Shown here piece by piece: positions 15,981-17,608 of a stretch of 17,608 nt of DNA. Source of the DNA: an uncultured Deinococcales bacterium (GTDB lineage Bacteria > Deinococcota > Deinococci > Deinococcales > JAAFIG01). Numbering within the stretch: position 1 is the stretch's first letter; every line of letters begins with the position of its first letter. Under the pieces are notes generated by a model. The model was not told where the DNA came from and made no database searches. It saw only the letters and a program-made list of their open reading frames with translations. Location: contig CAXTTL010000090.1 of assembly GCA_964247135.1 (NCBI GenBank), forward strand, positions 1 to 17,608. Direction: 5' to 3'. A program made the position numbers and the translations under genes.

Positions 15981-16011
15981 TTGGCACACCGTCACCGTGA
16001 CGGTGTGCCAA
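15981..16011. repeat. Perfect 31-bp palindrome
   Basis: TTGGCACACCGTCAC-C-GTGACGGTGTGCCAA; 15-bp arms, intergenic, no T tract. Confidence 0.9.
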
Positions 16012-16047
16012 GCACCCAAGACCCCCACTCAATCAAAGGAACAAATC

Positions 16048-16458
16048 ATGTCATTGATAAGAACACCCAACTTAGACGTTCGCAGAATCATTGGTGAAGG
16101 TAGAAACTTCTTTTTGGTCTTGAAGATTCGGTTTCACGTCTGGGCGTACAAACGCAAACTCAACTCGAGACTTCAAACCCAGAAACGTTCCAAGCAGAAA
16201 CTAGCGGATCGTTGGCAGTCTCTCGAGTTAGACCAAAAGCAACTTGTGCCTTGCTTAACGGGGCTTGCTTTGACTGAACATATTCAAGTTTTACATGACT
16301 TTGAATGCAGCAATCAAGACTTAGAAGCAGGATTGCTCGAGCAGCTTGCTCGAATGGACTGGTTGCTTTGCGACATGAAAAACAAACCGTGTTCAGACCG
16401 TGCCGAACTCGAGCAACTGCTTGAAATGATCCTCAAGATTCGGGCGGTAGGTTCTTGA
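16048..16458 (+). CDS. Hypothetical helical/coiled-coil protein (136 aa)
   Basis: AAAGGA 7 nt before ATG 16048; Leu/Glu/Gln-rich C-terminal half. Confidence 0.6.
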   Translation: MSLIRTPNLDVRRIIGEGRNFFLVLKIRFHVWAYKRKLNSRLQTQKRSKQKLADRWQSLELDQKQLVPCLTGLALTEHIQVLHDFECSNQDLEAGLLEQLARMDWLLCDMKNKPCSDRAELEQLLEMILKIRAVGS

Positions 16459-16724
16459 GTCTCGAGCAGACCATCAATAACATTCACGGGTTGCTGTTAA
16501 CCCTCGAGCGGTGCGCCCGTGTTGGCTTTCAGAACGACTTAGAACCCGCTCGAGCCTTAACGGTAGTGTCTGAACTCCGTATTGATTTTGGTTTGATGCT
16601 TGGGTGCGTTCCAGAGTTCACAGCCGAACAATTGATTGAGTTCCATATTGATCTTGCAGAGTTTCTAACAAGACTCGAGGCTCGAGTATCACCCTTGCTC
16701 ACGGTTAAGTCTTGCATCGCTTGA
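16455..16724 (+). CDS. Hypothetical helical protein (89 aa)
   Basis: TTGA start/stop overlap with the previous gene; amphipathic helical pattern. Confidence 0.55.
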   Translation: MSLEQTINNIHGLLLTLERCARVGFQNDLEPARALTVVSELRIDFGLMLGCVPEFTAEQLIEFHIDLAEFLTRLEARVSPLLTVKSCIA

Positions 16725-16811
16725 CGCTCGAGCATAGCAAGATTCTCAATCTTGGTTTATGTCGCAATTTCGCAGAAACCAAACAAAGTGAATCAAAAGA
16801 ATTGAGGTTAC

Positions 16812-17165
16812 ATGTCAAACAAACAACGTTTAGAACGTACAACTCCCCTGAATTGGGGCGGTGTACGGGAAAAGAGTGGTAGAAGAAAGTTAGCCCCTTC
16901 CTCGAGCGTCCGAATTGACCGTGAATTGCTCAGGCAAGTTAGGCGGTTCATGCGGTTTAACGGCAATCCTCGAGAGTTGGTTGAATGCGCCGTGAGGAAG
17001 GAATTACTCGAGCGTCAAACGGCTCGAGATGCACACCTCCGAGTTGTGGCACTCGGAATGTACGAGCGTAACAAAGCAAACGGGCGAGCATCCTCAGCAT
17101 TAGTGCGGAAGCTTGTCGCCGATGCGCAACGTGAGGATACCCCCCAGCATAAAAACGCGATTTAA
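16812..17165 (+). CDS. Putative ribbon-helix-helix DNA-binding protein (117 aa)
   Basis: WGGVREKSGR motif then SVRIDRELLRQVRRF…PRELVECAVRKELL (strand-helix-helix); GAGG before ATG. Confidence 0.65.
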   Translation: MSNKQRLERTTPLNWGGVREKSGRRKLAPSSSVRIDRELLRQVRRFMRFNGNPRELVECAVRKELLERQTARDAHLRVVALGMYERNKANGRASSALVRKLVADAQREDTPQHKNAI

Positions 17166-17233
17166 CTGGGTCGGGGAGCAGGGTATGAGTATCCAACCGC
17201 TCACCGAATTTTTAGAATTTTTGAAACTTTAGG

Positions 17234-17275
17234 CTCGAGGTTGTCCAGACAGTGGACAACCTCGAGTTATTTTTT
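17234..17275 (+). terminator. Intrinsic terminator after the RHH gene
   Basis: 14-bp stem CTCGAGGTTGTCCA / TGGACAACCTCGAG then TTATTTTTT. Confidence 0.8.
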
Positions 17276-17419
17276 GCTGGAAAGACCCACCCCTCTAGGT
17301 AGAAGCTATCCAGTTGCTGTCAGAATTTTTAGAGTTTTTGGTTTGAAATTTTTAGGCTCCCCGAGTACAAAACCGTTACTCGAGACGGTAAAAACTACGT
17401 TCAACGGTATTATCATGCG

Positions 17420-17608
17420 GTGCAAACCAACACCGCGCTCGAGCAACACCCATCAGGTGAAATTCCATCTGTACCACTTCCCGCAGGGTTTATTTCACTG
17501 GCGCAACACGCCACCCTAAACACGTATGACGAAAACCTCAACCAAATTTTCAGAGCTTTGCGCGTGTTTAATCCTGACAAACTCGAGCACTTAACCAAAC
17601 CGGAACTT
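17420..17608 (+). CDS. Possible hypothetical protein, 5' part (runs off window end)
   Basis: Frame open from 17333 to the end. First canonical start is GTG 17420, 6 nt after TATTAT; translates MQTNTALEQHPSGEIPSVPLPAGFISLAQHATLNTYDENLNQIFRALRVFNPDKLEHLTKPEL. Confidence 0.4.
   Translation, partial: MQTNTALEQHPSGEIPSVPLPAGFISLAQHATLNTYDENLNQIFRALRVFNPDKLEHLTKPEL

Larger units (their letters stand above)
11754..17608. mobile_element. Integrated element (phage-satellite/integrative-plasmid-like), left part; boundaries approximate
   Basis: Follows a tRNA 3' end. Visibly more AT-rich than the backbone; carries excisionase-like HTH, primase-helicase, iteron array, RHH protein and orphans, all on +. 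No integrase or att duplicate in the window. Confidence 0.8.

Noticed and set aside
17241-17598. ORFs 17241-17519 (+) and 17413-17598 (-)
   Set aside because: The first starts inside a terminator stem with no RBS; the second has no supporting signals. The frame open to the window end is the better candidate.

Overview
Bacterial chromosomal window, probably Deinococcota (inferred from Deinococcus/Thermus-style Lpt-like genes, an AroH chorismate mutase and TANNNT boxes directly before start codons). About 1-11750 is host backbone. On the minus strand lie an lptA-like / lptD-like / lptF-G (partial) cluster, a methyltransferase with an orphan partner, aroH and a Gly-rich degenerate DAK2-like protein. 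On the plus strand lie mmsA/iolA and a carbohydrate ABC importer (binding protein plus two permeases). Four tRNAs follow: Thr-TGT, Tyr-GTA and Gly-CCC on minus, Ser-GGA on plus. Downstream of tRNA-Ser, and running off the window end, is an integrated element resembling a phage satellite or integrative plasmid: a broken AT-rich gene, an excisionase-like HTH, a coupled leader ORF, a Toprim primase/DUF3987-like helicase fusion, several orphans and an RHH protein. No integrase or second att site is visible. The most unusual signals are: (i) about 107 hand-counted copies of the palindrome CTCGAG versus about 4 expected, also used as terminator stems; (ii) two RBS-sequestering multibranch RNA structures ahead of the HTH and primase genes; (iii) a dyad-symmetric array of eight ACGAAA-type boxes after the primase gene, a likely replication origin. 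All calls come from reading the sequence; no searches were run.
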